The notes under the pieces are model-generated. The model made no database searches. It saw only the letters and a list, made by a program, of their open reading frames with translations, and had not been told where the DNA came from. This document shows positions 9,146 through 20,682 of a stretch of DNA of 64,000 nt, in pieces. The stretch comes from a virus. A program made the translations under genes and the position numbers. Every line of letters starts with the position of its first letter. Position 1 is the first letter of the stretch. Where the stretch lies: the IMG/VR virus record IMGVR_UViG_3300029566_000004, one strand, 5' to 3'.

Positions 9146-10699
9146 ATGAATATTAGCTTAAAATTAAATACTCCATGTGAGTTAATTAATGTAACTCCTT
9201 ATAATCCTTTGATTTCTAAATGTTAGATAAAAGTTTGTTATGTGGGAGAAAAGCCTAACCGCAATAAAAGTATAATCACAAAAGAAACTGCGAGGGAGAT
9301 TGCTAACAGTCTTCCCGGCAGTCCCATTGTTGGTTATTTTAATGAATCAACATAGGATTTTGAGGAACATAATCGTTCTATTGAAATTAAGGGCGGTAAG
9401 ATGCATTTTGAAGACACTACAAGGCCTTATGGCTTTGTTGATTTAAATGCAAAATGTTGGTTTCAATAGTATCAAGATGGAGATGAAGTACATGAATATT
9501 TATGTACTGAAGGCTGGATTTGGACTGGTCAATATCCAGAAGCAAAACGCATTATTGATTAGGGAAATAATCAGTCTATGGAGCTTGATAAGGATACAAT
9601 TGATGCCTACTGGTCAAAAAATGATAATGGAGAACCTCAATTTTTCATTATAAATGAGGCAATAATTTCAAAGTTATGCATTTTAGGTGCAGACTTTGAA
9701 CCTTGCTTTGAAGGCGCGCAAATAACCAATGTAGAATTTTCATTAGATGATGAATTTAAAAACACATTATTCTCAATGATGAATGACTTACAAAAATTAT
9801 TAAATGAAGGAGGAACGCCTGTGACTAAATATTCAGTAACAGTTGGAGATTCCGTCTGGACGGCTTTATATTCTTATATTGATACCACTTATCCCAATAT
9901 TGAGACAAACGTATCTGACTATAGTATTAAAGGCGTTTATGAAGAGGATTCACAGAAGTTTACCATTCTTCAGAACAACAAAGATGGAAAGTATTATCGT
10001 TTAAATTTTTCGCTTGATGAGAATAATGAATTCTCTGCAAGCCCTGACCTTATTGAAGTAACTGATTATGCTGCTAATGAAGAATCTCAGTTTTCTGAAG
10101 ATAGCATTAATGAGTTTGTAAATGAGTTTAAGAAAAAGAGGGACGATAAAGAGTCCAAGAACGAAGAAAAGTCTGTTGAAGGCGAAGGCGACACTGCTTC
10201 TGCCGAGAAGAAAGACGATGAAAAATCTGAATCTAATAATTCAGAAGAAAAGTCTGAAGAAGAAAAAGAAGACCCTAATAAAAAGGGCAAAAAAGTTAAA
10301 TATGATTTAAATGAAATCCAAGAATATGTGGATTTAAAAAACGAGTATGATGCATTAAAGACTAAGTATGCTGAGATGGAAGTTAAATTTGCAATTCTTC
10401 AAAAATTTAAGGAAGATGCAGATCGCGAGGCAAAACGTGAAATGATTAATAGTTTCTATATGCTTTCTGATAACGATAAGGCAGATTGCCTTGCTAATAT
10501 TGATACTTATTCTCTTGATGATATCGAAGCGAAATTATCTATAATTTGTGTTCGCAACAAGGTTAGCTTCGCCCGTGAGGATGAAGAGCCCGCAGCTGAT
10601 GATGTAATCACATATAATTTAAATGATACTTCAGATGAGGACTCAGTCCCTGCCTGGATTAAAGCTCTCCGCTCTGTTGCAAAAGAAATCAATAATTAA
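9146..10699 (+). CDS. Prohead protease/scaffold-like protein (517 aa)
   Basis: A TAAGGAGG RBS precedes the ATG at 9146. There are four TAGs before 9578. The C-terminal half is acidic, lysine-rich and coiled-coil like a scaffold. Lies between portal and capsid genes. Confidence 0.55.
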
Positions 10700-10715
10700 T
10701 AGGAGGAAATATTAC

Positions 10716-11372
10716 ATGGCAAAGACAAATTTAAGCGGCGCTAAGTATGTTCAGCATGGCTATGGTCAGGTTGAGCCTAATCATCTTTCTGCGCAGAGAA
10801 CTGCTCAGATTTATGCTCAGCTTCCTGCCGCTGCAAATATTGATGTTTTACAGAATGGCCAGTTTGTAAAGTACGACTATAAAGAAGGTGTCGTAGACTT
10901 TACCGGTAAGGGTGAATGGATGCTGGTCTTTAATGAAATTAAGCTGTATCGTGACCACGAGCAGTATGATGATTGGGCAATGAAGAAGGAAGATTACGTT
11001 GCTCGCGTATACTCTCCTGTTGATGGCGAAGGTCAGACATATGCTAATTCTCGTAACTACGAGGGAGATGTAAATGCTTATGAGCATGACATTACTAGCA
11101 CAACTAATCCTTTCGTTATTGAGCAGTTCAAGAAGCCCAAGATGATGCCCGAAGGAACAAAGATGGTTCCTCGTGTATTCAAGACTAACGTTGGCGATAT
11201 TTTCACTACTAACCTCGTTGATGAGGAAGAGCTCGCTCTTGGTGATGAGTTATCTCCCAATGCTACTGGTATTTTATGTAAGTCTGGTGACGAGTCAATG
11301 ATTTGGCAGGTTGTAAAGGTTTACACTCTTGCTGACCGTCAGAGGGCTGTTAAGATTATGCGTATTGCGTAA
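10716..11372 (+). CDS. Abundant head protein candidate (218 aa; decoration or auxiliary capsid protein)
   Basis: An AGGAGGAAAT RBS precedes the ATG at 10716. No TAG. Codon usage is shifted toward GCT/CTT/GGT/CGT, as in the capsid gene. Confidence 0.55.
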   Translation: MAKTNLSGAKYVQHGYGQVEPNHLSAQRTAQIYAQLPAAANIDVLQNGQFVKYDYKEGVVDFTGKGEWMLVFNEIKLYRDHEQYDDWAMKKEDYVARVYSPVDGEGQTYANSRNYEGDVNAYEHDITSTTNPFVIEQFKKPKMMPEGTKMVPRVFKTNVGDIFTTNLVDEEELALGDELSPNATGILCKSGDESMIWQVVKVYTLADRQRAVKIMRIA

Positions 11373-11389
11373 GAAAGGAGAGAAAGATT

Positions 11390-12511
11390 ATGTTAGATAA
11401 GAAAGATCTTGTTTCTTTAATGAAGACTGTTGCTAAAGCTGATCCTTCTGCTCCCATTTCTTATAGCTATAATGGCGAGAATTTCAGCTATGATGCACTG
11501 AATGAAACGCTCCGTCAGGAGCTCAATGAGTATGCAGGTACGTATGCTCTTTATCGTTAGAATAAGAATTTAATTTTCTCTGTAATCGAAGAAGTTCTTG
11601 ATGACGTTCTTCCTAAGAAAGTTGAAGAAGCTTATCAGATGTTTGCAGAGACTAAGACCTTCAAGCAGGGAGATAAGCCTATGTTCCGTCGTAAGATTAA
11701 CTCTGCACGCACTCGTGCAAAGCAGTTCATCACCCGTGCAGGTCATGCTGGTATTTATGAAGTCTTTAAGCTCGGTGGAGAGGAAAGCTTCGAAGTACAG
11801 ACCAGCGCTATTGGTGGAGCTGCACAAATTGGCTTCGAAGAGTTCCTTGATGGCCGTGCTGACTTCGCTGAAGTAACAGCTATTGTTATGGAAGGTATGG
11901 ATGAGCTTGTTTATCGTGAGATTGGCGAGGCTCTTAAGGCTTCTTTACATCAGCTTCCTGCTGCTAACCGCGTTGAGTCTAATGGTTTTGATGAATCTTC
12001 CTTTGACCGTCTTCTTGTTATTGCTTCTGCCTATGGTGAGCCTACTATTTATTGCACATATGAATTTGCAGTAAAGATGATCCCACAAGAGGCTTGGAGA
12101 TATACTGAAGCTATGAAGGACGAACTCTGGAAGACTGGCCGTCTTGCTAACTACAAGGGCAAGAAGGTTATCATTTTCCCACAGGGCTTTGTTGATGAAA
12201 CCAATACTACCAAGGTCGTAGATCCTGGTTACTGCTGGATTATCCCAAGTGGTGCTGATAAGCCTGTCAAGATTGCTTTTGAGGGTAATACTATTGTTGA
12301 TGAATATACAAATGCAGACCGCAGCCGTGAAATTCAGGTTTATAAGAAGGTTGGTGTTGTCGCAATGATGACAAATGATATTTGTTCTTACGTTGATACT
12401 TCGCTCAAAGGTGAAATGAACAATTGGTACCTTGATGGTGTAACTGGTTCAGTTATTACTTATGATGGACGCCTTGATGGTCACGCAGGTGGATCGAACT
12501 CGGGAAACTGA
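11390..12511 (+). CDS. Major capsid protein (373 aa)
   Basis: An AAAGGAGAG RBS precedes the ATG at 11390, with a single TAG at 11558. The call rests on size, position, highly-expressed-type codon usage and a capsid-like sequence. Confidence 0.7.
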
Positions 12512-12522
12512 TTCAGCTGAAC

Positions 12523-12912
12523 ATGTCCAAGCTAGTTACCGCGCCTAATGATGTAAATAAAGAATTATCATAGGCGAACCAGGATATGATTAGCGTTATC
12601 AAGGGCAGCGATACCGAATGGGTCGTTGTTGGTAGCTTAGAAGAATTAAAGAGTTTTGATTCTACAAATCCTGCGCAAGGTAATGGTAAGTGGGTTGGTA
12701 TTGATATCGACACTGGCTTAGATACTATTGTTGGCGCAACTTGGAATGGTTATTCATTAACTTAGGATGATGTTAATGAAGCCGCTTCCGTTGGTTTAGG
12801 TGCTGGCCATATTATCTTCTGGGCTAAGGCTGAAGCTTTACCAAGAACTATTACTATTGGCGCTCCTGAGAAGGAAAATATTAGTGTAACAGTTTCATTT
12901 AGAGACCGCTAA
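12523..12912 (+). CDS. Hypothetical head-associated protein (129 aa)
   Basis: The ATG at 12523 is 12 nt after the capsid stop. Two in-frame TAGs, TAA at 12910, followed by a strong terminator. Confidence 0.5.
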
Positions 12913-12933
12913 TGATTGATTAATTAATTTACT

Positions 12934-12971
12934 GGGGAGTTAGGATTAACTCCTAACTCCCCCTTATTTTT
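12934..12971 (+). terminator. Rho-independent terminator after the head genes
   Basis: GGGGAGTTAGGA-ttaac-TCCTAACTCCCC (12-bp stem) followed by a T-rich tail. Confidence 0.8.
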
Positions 12972-12991
12972 GAGGAAAAGGAGATTTTATT

Positions 12992-13546
12992 ATGAGTTTA
13001 ATTACAGTTAAGAATCGCAGCACAGGCACTCTTGTATATCGTATTCCAGAAGATGGAATTCGTAGAGAATTTGCACCTGGCGAGGTAAAGAAGATTGATT
13101 CTAAGGAATTTGAAAAATTAGCTTATCAAACCGGTGGTCGTGATTTAATTGCAGATTATATGATTTTAGTAAGTGAAGAAGTTCTTGATGAATTAAATAT
13201 TCATCGTGAACCTGAGTATTACATGAATGAGCATAATATCATTGATTTAATGAAGAATGGCAGTCTTGACGAATTTCTTGATTGTTTAGAACATGCTCCT
13301 CGTGGTGTTATTGATTTAATTATTAAGTTTGCAGTTGAATTACCATTGGCTGATATGAATAAAGTAAGCGCACTTAAGGAAAAAACTGGATTTGATGCTC
13401 TTAAGGCTATTCAACATGTTGAAGAAGAAAAAGCTACAACTAAAGGAACTTCTTCTACGCCTACTACAGCTTCAAATCGCCGTGTGCCTGTTGCGCAGAA
13501 TAAGTATAAAGTTGTAACCCCTAAAACTAAGACAACTAATAATTAA
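12992..13546 (+). CDS. Hypothetical protein (184 aa)
   Basis: An AAAGGAG RBS precedes an intact ORF with no TAG. Confidence 0.6.
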   Translation: MSLITVKNRSTGTLVYRIPEDGIRREFAPGEVKKIDSKEFEKLAYQTGGRDLIADYMILVSEEVLDELNIHREPEYYMNEHNIIDLMKNGSLDEFLDCLEHAPRGVIDLIIKFAVELPLADMNKVSALKEKTGFDALKAIQHVEEEKATTKGTSSTPTTASNRRVPVAQNKYKVVTPKTKTTNN

Positions 13547-13570
13547 TTGAAAAAAGGAGCGATGAATTGT

Positions 13571-14173
13571 ATGGCAACTTCGTTTACAACAGTTTATAAT
13601 CGCTTTTTGAATAAAATCACAGATGATATGTATATGGAGTTAACTCCGCTTGATACAGTTAAGGATTTGCAACGACTTCTTATTGATGCGATTCCTGGAT
13701 TTGAATTTCCTCGCAAAAATCTCAATAATTATACAATTGATATTGAGACCATCCGCGAGGATGAAATTACAGAAGATGATTTTGTAATTGGTATTCTTTG
13801 GGATGACCTTATTGATGGCGAAGAATAGGTTCCTTTAGCAGTTGTTGAGCATTCAACTTTTGATGACGATTTAACTTCTGAAGAAATTAATATTCTTGCT
13901 ATCTTAATGATGATTGGTTGGGTGCAAAGATAGGTTACTTCTATTGAAAACACTCGAATGAAATATACAGGCGCAGATTTTAAAATGACGTCACAAGCAA
14001 ATCATTTAGCAAAATTGTCAGCTCTACTGACTGAATGTCAACGTCAATCACATCACATGCAAAGACTATATAGACGCAGACGCCCTTCTACAGAAAAAGA
14101 CTTAAAAGAAAAGACAACAGGGCCATTTGCATCAAATTGGGATGTTTTGAGAAAGAGCGTATTCGATGATTGA
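13571..14173 (+). CDS. Head-tail connector/adaptor-like protein (about 200 aa)
   Basis: The frame is open to the TGA at 14171 with TAGs at 13826 and 13931. The N-terminus resembles head-tail connector families. The start could be the ATG at 13562 or 13571. Confidence 0.5.
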
Positions 14174-14474
14174 CAATTTTGGTATTGATATAGCAAGTGA
14201 ATCAGTAGAGCGTAACATTACACGATTAACTAATCAGATTTGGAAATTAATTCCAATGAAAGAAAATAATGAAGATTGGGAAAAACAATTAGATACAGTT
14301 AATCTTGAAATTGCGGGTTTGGGTGTAATATTTGCGGCTAAGCCTCAATTTTTAACCTTGCGCGCCAAATTAGAAGGGATTAAAACGCAACCAAATATTG
14401 AATTTGAGTTGTACAGAAAAACTATATTTGAATGTTTAACTCTTCTCACAGACGTGAGAAAAACTTTATAGTAA
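14166..14474 (+). CDS. Hypothetical head-tail joining protein (102 aa)
   Basis: The ATG overlaps the upstream stop (ATGATTGA). The ORF ends TAG-TAA, with the real stop at TAA 14472-14474. Confidence 0.55.
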
Positions 14475-14485
14475 GAGGTACCAAT

Positions 14486-15580
14486 ATGCCTGAGAAAAAA
14501 AGATTAAGAGTCTATAATACAATGTAGTAGCTTATGGCTGGACGATTATATGGCTCTCTTGATGAAGGAGGGCTAAATCCTCCACCAGGCTCATATGATA
14601 CTGAGCGCTTATCTGAGATGAATACTTAGTTTATTACTGCGGGCGGTCCCGCACAATAGAGTCGTATGATTAGGGATAAGCGCAAAAGTTTAAATCGGGC
14701 GCTTTTGTATTCTTATTAGAGTGCTTTTATTAAGAAGGTTCCACAAGAAGGGGAAGAGCCCGATGACAGTGTGCCAGAAGTGGCACGCGCTCTGATTAAT
14801 CCTAATAAATTAAAAATGGATTATGATGATAAAATATTATCTGTGGGGTTTGAATATAATTTCAAACAAGGCGATATTTTTGAATGGTTAAATACAGCAT
14901 CTTATTGGATTGTAAGATTGCAAGATTTAGATGAATTGGCTTATTTTCGTGGTGAAATTAGACGATGTGATTATCAAATTGCATGGGAAGATGAATCCGG
15001 TAAGCAGCATAAAACGTATGCAGCAATACGCGGTCCAGCAGAAACAAAAATTAACCATACCCAAAAGCATCAAATCAGCATTGATAATCCAAATTACACT
15101 CTAAACATTTACCTTCCAAAGAATAAAGCCACATTAGAATATTTTAGACGATATGCCAAATTTTATTTGTAGGGAATAGAAGATGGTGAGGAAAATATTT
15201 GTTGGCGTGTTTAGGCAGTAGATACTATTTCAACTCCTGGTATAATAGAAATAGCAGCGATGGAGTATTATTCGAATACCGTCGAAGATGATTTAGAGAA
15301 TAAAGTAGCCGGTGCATTGGTTATAAAACCAATCGAAGTTGAAGAACAACATAAAGATGATGAAATTTAGGGTAATATATTTATTAAACCTAAAACTGTC
15401 ATGGAATATGTATATACTGGTAATGCAACTGCTGATTGGACATATGATATTAAATTACCTTTAGCCACTAAGATTGAAGGTAAAAAAATTAAGTTAAAAT
15501 GGCTATCTAATTATAGCGGCCAATTTGATTTATATTATGGCGATTGTAAAAAAACAATCGTTATTGAGTCATTGTTTTGA
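14486..15580 (+). CDS. Hypothetical virion structural protein (364 aa)
   Basis: One frame runs from the ATG at 14486 to the TGA at 15578 with eight in-frame TAGs, including a tandem TAG-TAG at 14525-14530. Confidence 0.55.
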
Positions 15581-15601
15581 GAGTTAAAGGAGATAAAGGA
15601 T

Positions 15602-16204
15602 ATGAAAATTGTAAATTATGAATAGCCGAAATCTAGTTTTTTATCTATTGATAAAGATATGAATTAGATTACGAATAGAATACTGGATAATGATAGACTT
15701 TGTAAAATGCTTTATTATTCTTCACCTGATGCATTAAGACGTGAGCCCCTAACTTTGGAATAGAAGCAATCTATGTTTGGAAAGAACATTAAAATTGTAC
15801 CTAAATTAACTGTAGATAATGAAGTTCTTCAGTACTTAGTAATTGGATTTAGTAATTTTATTACTAATCCTACCAATCCTTAGTTTAGAGACCACACAAT
15901 TGAGTTTGATATTGTGTGCCATTTTGATCAATGGACACTTGGTGATTTTGCGCTTAGGCCTTATAAAATTGCCGCTGAACTCGATACAATGTTTAATAAT
16001 CGTAAGTTTGTCGGAATCGGTTTATTGGAATTCGTGGGGGCGACTCCAATAATGTTAACTGATGAATTTGGTGGACTTTGTCTAATGTATAGGACAGTTA
16101 ATGGTGAAGATGATAAAAAACATGCTCCAGTAGACCAAGCTGATATTGTCGAAAATTTCAATAAAATCTTTAACGAGCCGAAAGATGAGTCGATCATTGA
16201 ATAA
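15602..16204 (+). CDS. Hypothetical neck/tail-completion-type protein (200 aa)
   Basis: An AAGGAGATAAAGGA RBS precedes the ATG at 15602. Four TAGs, TAA at 16202. Confidence 0.5.
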
Positions 16205-16938
16205 TGCATGATTTGCGTTTAGCCCTTATGTGCGGTACTGATATCCCTATACCAGAATGCGCCTTGACCGCACATCAACCTAAGTTATCAGAAATAGCCT
16301 TCATTGGGGAAACCGATTATTTTATCGGTATGCAATGTTTGTGCATAGATAAAAGCATGCTCGGTGATTTTAGCGAAGATTAGGGACAAATTAATAATTT
16401 TACTGTTTTTATGACTATGTTAGCGCAACCTGAAATGAAAGACAAAAAGAAAGCGGTAATTGATACTTTAGACTTAATATTTGGTAATTAGAAAGTGGCT
16501 TTCACCCCACATTCTTTAATATTTACTGCCAATGGGTAGAATCCTTGTACGGTTGACGAGACCAATTTTGAGCCTTTTCAGAATACGTTACGTGAAATTT
16601 TTTGTGCAAAGAATGGACCAATGGATTAGCAAGCTTTTAATCCAAAAGATGCAAAAGCTAAAGAAATAGCTGATAAGTTAATGCGTGGTCGTTAGAGAGT
16701 TGCGGCATAGCAAAGCGCAAATGAAGGTGGTAGTGCTTTTGCGCGCTATATTTCCATTTTAACTATTGGAACAAATACTATGAATATTCAAGATGTCAGT
16801 AACTTAACTATGTTTTAGTTATATGATTTAATTGAGCGTTATTTCTTACATCTTAATTGGGATATGGATATTCGCACTCGTCTTGCAGGCGGTGATCCGA
16901 AATCTCAACCCGAAGATTGGATGAAGAATTTACATTAA
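16204..16938 (+). CDS. Hypothetical structural protein (244 aa)
   Basis: TAATG overlap with the upstream gene. One frame runs to the TAA at 16936 with seven TAGs. Confidence 0.5.
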
Positions 16939-16973
16939 ATAAAATGATATTTTATAAGGAGGAAGAGTAGTAT

Positions 16974-17753
16974 ATGCCAATACTACCGGAACACAAGGAG
17001 ATTCTATTGTCCGAGAGCAATAGTAAAACCTTGCCTGAATGGTATGAATTTTTTGATTCTCAATATACAAAGAGTCAAATATATTCATTTTGTCATAGAA
17101 ATGGTTTATCTGTAAAAAGAATGCCCAAGGAAAAGAAGTCTTTAATTCAATCATAGAATGCTAGAAAATATAATATTAATCAAGATTATTTTAAAAAATG
17201 GTCTAATAATATGGCTTATATTTTGGGATTATGGTTTGCAGATGGCTGCATTTATGGCGGAAAAATGTTTGATATTACTTTACATAAAAAAGATAAATAT
17301 ATTCTTAAAAAAGTTGCTGAAGAATTAGAATACGAAGGATCTATATATGATTATGTAGATAAATAGGCAGTAAGAATTAATTTTAGTTGTAAAGTAATTT
17401 ATAATGATATAGTTGCTCTAGGCGGAAAAGAATAGAAAAGTTTAGATATAAAATTTCCTTTAATTCCAAAAGAGTATCTACCTGATTTTATTAGAGGATA
17501 TTTTGATGGGGACGGTTGTATAATGAATTTAAAAAATAATCGCCTTAATGCCGCTTTTACTTGCGGAAGCAAGCAGTTTCTTGTTGATCTTTTGAAAATA
17601 CTAAAAACTGAGGCTGGAATTGAAGGTGGTAGTTTTGACGACTCTTGCTGTTCATTAAAATTTGGAAAGAAAGATACTATTCGCTTAGGAAATTATATGT
17701 ATAAAAATAATCCAAAAATATTTTTATTAAGAAAACGACAAAAATTCTTTTAA
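16974..17753 (+). CDS. Free-standing LAGLIDADG homing endonuclease (259 aa)
   Basis: An AAGGAGGAAGAG RBS is present. Two LAGLIDADG motifs are seen (LGLWFADGC and IRGYFDGDGC). Three in-frame TAGs. The TAA at 17751 overlaps the RBS of the tail tube gene. Confidence 0.8.
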
Positions 17754-17768
17754 GGAGGAAATTATATT

Positions 17769-17782
17769 ATGAAATTTGGCGT
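17769..17782 (+). CDS. Major tail (tube) protein, 14-nt exon 1
   Basis: A TAAGGAGGAAAT RBS precedes ATGAAATTTGGCGT. The last 7 nt pair with GCGCTAA (17792-17798) as a P1 helix, with a U.G pair at the splice site. Confidence 0.6.
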
Positions 17783-18010
17783 GAATTGCTTGCGCTAATA
17801 TACCCTATCCAATTTATCATTGGGGTCCGATAAAAAACGGGCTAACGGGGAACTAAAAAAGAATCCCGTGGCATTTCCGCAAGGAAGCGCTGTAGAGACT
17901 AAAATTCTTAATCGAATTTGTAAGTTAATTATTGATACATTAACTGAAAAGGGTATATCAATGTCTAGAACATTGATAAGATATAGTCCATAATTTAAAA
18001 AATTATGACG
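17783..18010 (+). mobile_element. ORF-less group I intron (228 nt) in the tail tube gene
   Basis: GTAGAGACTAAA (R-like, 17892-17903) and AAGATATAGTCC (S, 17978-17989) are followed by a hairpin and a terminal G at 18010. Splicing 17782|18011 gives 14+1093 = 1107 nt, in frame. Confidence 0.7.
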
Positions 18011-19103
18011 CGAAATTTGCGATGTTGTCTTAAAGGCTAAGGCAACTCAGAAAGTCGGTAATAAGGTTTTCTACAAGAATGAACCTGTTATTTATTTTGA
18101 CACTTTAAAGACCTCCAGCCTGGAAGGTGCGGCAACCACTGTTTATGCACAGGGTGGTCGTGGTAATAGCCGTCTTGTAGCTTGGGAAGGTGAGCGTACT
18201 GTTACCTTCACAATGGAAGATGCTCTTATTTCTCCTGCTGGTTTCATGATTCTTTCTGGCGCTGGTCTGATTGAAGGAACAGAAGCTGATCCTATTCCTG
18301 TTCATACGATTGAGACAACCGATCAGTTCAAGTACACAGATGACAATACTGCGGTTGAAATTTATGTTAAGGAAAAGCCATATGTTGCTACAGTGACTAC
18401 TGGTGAAAACGATGGCGCTGTAACTACTGCTGTTGGTAAGGAAGATTTCGTCTATGTTATGACCATGGTTAATGGTGAAATTGTTAGTGAGCCATTTGTG
18501 CCAGCTCGTAGTTGGATACCTGCGGCAACCGCAGAAACAACTGGTGCATATAAAGGCTTATGGAAGATTACTATTCCTGTTAATGGCGTTACTGAAGCTA
18601 CCGATAATGGTGTAACTACACCTCCTCAGGGCCTTGATACACTGAACAGCGATAAGCCAAAGAATCAGCTTGGTTACTTTGATGGCATCGACGCTGTTAT
18701 TGTTGACTATTATACTGCTAAAGGTAAGGGTGCAATGCAGATTGATATTACTCCCGATAAGTTCGGTGGTAACTATTATCTTGAAGCTTCCACATTGTTC
18801 CGTAATACTGATGGTGTTGATCTTCCCGCGGAATTTATTATTCCTAACTGCAAGATTCAATCTAACTTTACTTTCACTATGGCTTCTTCTGGCGATCCAA
18901 GTACCTTTACATTTACAATTGATGCTTTCCCTGACTATACTCGTTTCAACAAGACTAAGAAAGTTCTTGCGGCAATTCAGATTATTGATGTTGCTTCTGG
19001 TGCAGGTCTTGAGAATCGTGTACGTCCTACTCCCGATGAGCTTGCAGCTAATTCTGAGCCTTATCGTGAGAAGACTAATACTGGTTGGCAGCCAATTGAA
19101 TAA
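18011..19103 (+). CDS. Major tail (tube) protein, exon 2 (368 aa in total)
   Basis: The frame is open from 18009 to the TAA at 19101 with no TAG and highly-expressed-type codon usage. It sits upstream of the chaperone and tape-measure genes. Confidence 0.65.
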
Positions 19104-19108
19104 TTAAT

Positions 19109-19348
19109 ATGATTATTCATACTCATAGAAATAATACTGTGAAGGTTGCGCCTAAGGCAGACAAAAAGTTCATTGAGCCTGCGCCTGTCGCATCTGCTCT
19201 TTCACAGGAATTACCTCAAAAGGAAAAAGCATCAAAGAAGATTAGAAAACGTCATAATGATATTATCATTACTGACCCAGTACCTCCTATTGAGTTACCT
19301 CAGGAGGCTCCCATTGATGTCCCCGTAGAGGACAATATAAATGAATAA
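19109..19348 (+). CDS. Hypothetical protein (79 aa, Pro/Lys-rich)
   Basis: Intact ORF directly after the tube gene, with no TAG, followed by a terminator. Confidence 0.45.
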   Translation: MIIHTHRNNTVKVAPKADKKFIEPAPVASALSQELPQKEKASKKIRKRHNDIIITDPVPPIELPQEAPIDVPVEDNINE

Positions 19349-19369
19349 TCCGCTTTAAGCGCAAAATTG

Positions 19370-19401
19370 GGGACAGAGTTTTATGCTCTGTCCCTTTTTT
19401 T
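19370..19401 (+). terminator. Rho-independent terminator
   Basis: GGGACAGAG-ttttatg-CTCTGTCCC followed by TTTTTTT. Confidence 0.8.
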
Positions 19402-19430
19402 AGTTTGGAGAGAAAGGAGAAAAATAAATA

Positions 19431-20570
19431 ATGGCAAAACGTTTAATTATCGATTGGGAAGAAACTATTATGGGTCAATTGTCTTCTATATCATATTAGT
19501 CTGGCATTACTTATTATTATGATTTAGCACAACGTTTTTTAAATGCCATTACACTTGATAGAATGGAAATTGAACGTGAAGCTATTCGTTCTAATTTTTT
19601 AAATAATATTACAAATTCAGTACCTAATAATGTGTTTGAAGATATGACAGCAATAGAAGAAACAGCATATTCAATTGTAAATAAAATTTGGAGTGAAACA
19701 ATAGATAACCCTTCATTAAATACTCTAAATAATTTGCGCAATCAAAATGAAAAGCGTTTGTCTACATTAACAGAACAAGTACGAATGACTTTAGATCAAG
19801 AAATATCAGATTTTATTACATCCAAAGATGATTTATTAAATGACTTTAATGCTATTTTAGAAAAATATAGTCAATTTGGGAATGGAGCAGAAGTCACGGT
19901 TAAAATATTGCGCTCATGGTTTTAGTCCACTTTAACTCGATTATTATTAGATAAACAGAATAAAATATATAAAACATAGGCAGGCGGTTATTTATAGGAA
20001 TTAAATAAACATGGAGCAATATTAAATTTTATAGAAAACTTTAAGTTATCTAATGTTTCAGCTAAAGCAATTGGTGGAAAAAATACTGTTATTGATGAAT
20101 TATATACAATTTTATTACCTTTTGAACATTTAGATTAGTTTCTTGGTACAAGTGAATTAAATATTGCTTCAAATGGTGACATTACTTTAAATTATGGTTA
20201 GTAGATTAAATTATATTAGCTACCAAATCAAAAACGTTAGGCTTATCAAGTTACTTCAAGTTAGAATTTATTATCACAATTTATTAAACAAAGATCAGAA
20301 GAATCATTAAATAGTTCTATGTAGCCAATTATTGGTTGGATTAAAAATGTACAATTTTTAGAATCATAGATTATTAACGCGTTAGGTTCGCAAAATGTAT
20401 TATATTCTTTAGGGAATAAGACAATTTGGACTTTTGAGTTAATCAAATTATATCGATAGAAATCTTATTTTTTAGGTTTTATGTATGATAATGATGGGAA
20501 TATTTTACCAACTATTGCTTGGCAATTAGTTAATATTCATAAGCCTAAGGATAAGCGTCTATAGAAATAA
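19431..20570 (+). CDS. Hypothetical protein (379 aa)
   Basis: A GAGAGAAAGGAG motif precedes the ATG at 19431. One frame runs to the TAA at 20568 with about 14 TAGs. Confidence 0.5.
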
Positions 20571-20572
20571 AC

Positions 20573-20601
20573 TTGACAATTTCAAAATTTTTAGCTATAA
20601 T
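20573..20601 (+). promoter_or_regulatory. Consensus sigma-70/SigA promoter inside the tail module
   Basis: TTGACA (20573-20578), exactly 17 nt, then TATAAT (20596-20601). Confidence 0.65.
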
Positions 20602-20682
20602 AAATTTGAAGGTAGTCGAGTTTAAAAATAAACAAAACAAAATAAGAAAAATGCTTTAAGCGCAGAAAAGGAGAAAAAGGTT

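Noticed and set aside
19351-20664. The 11-mer GCTTTAAGCGC occurs twice (19351-19361 and 20653-20663), each just upstream of an RBS or terminator
   Set aside because: Two copies of a short motif are too little to interpret and could be chance. It is noted here only for follow-up by a genome-wide count.
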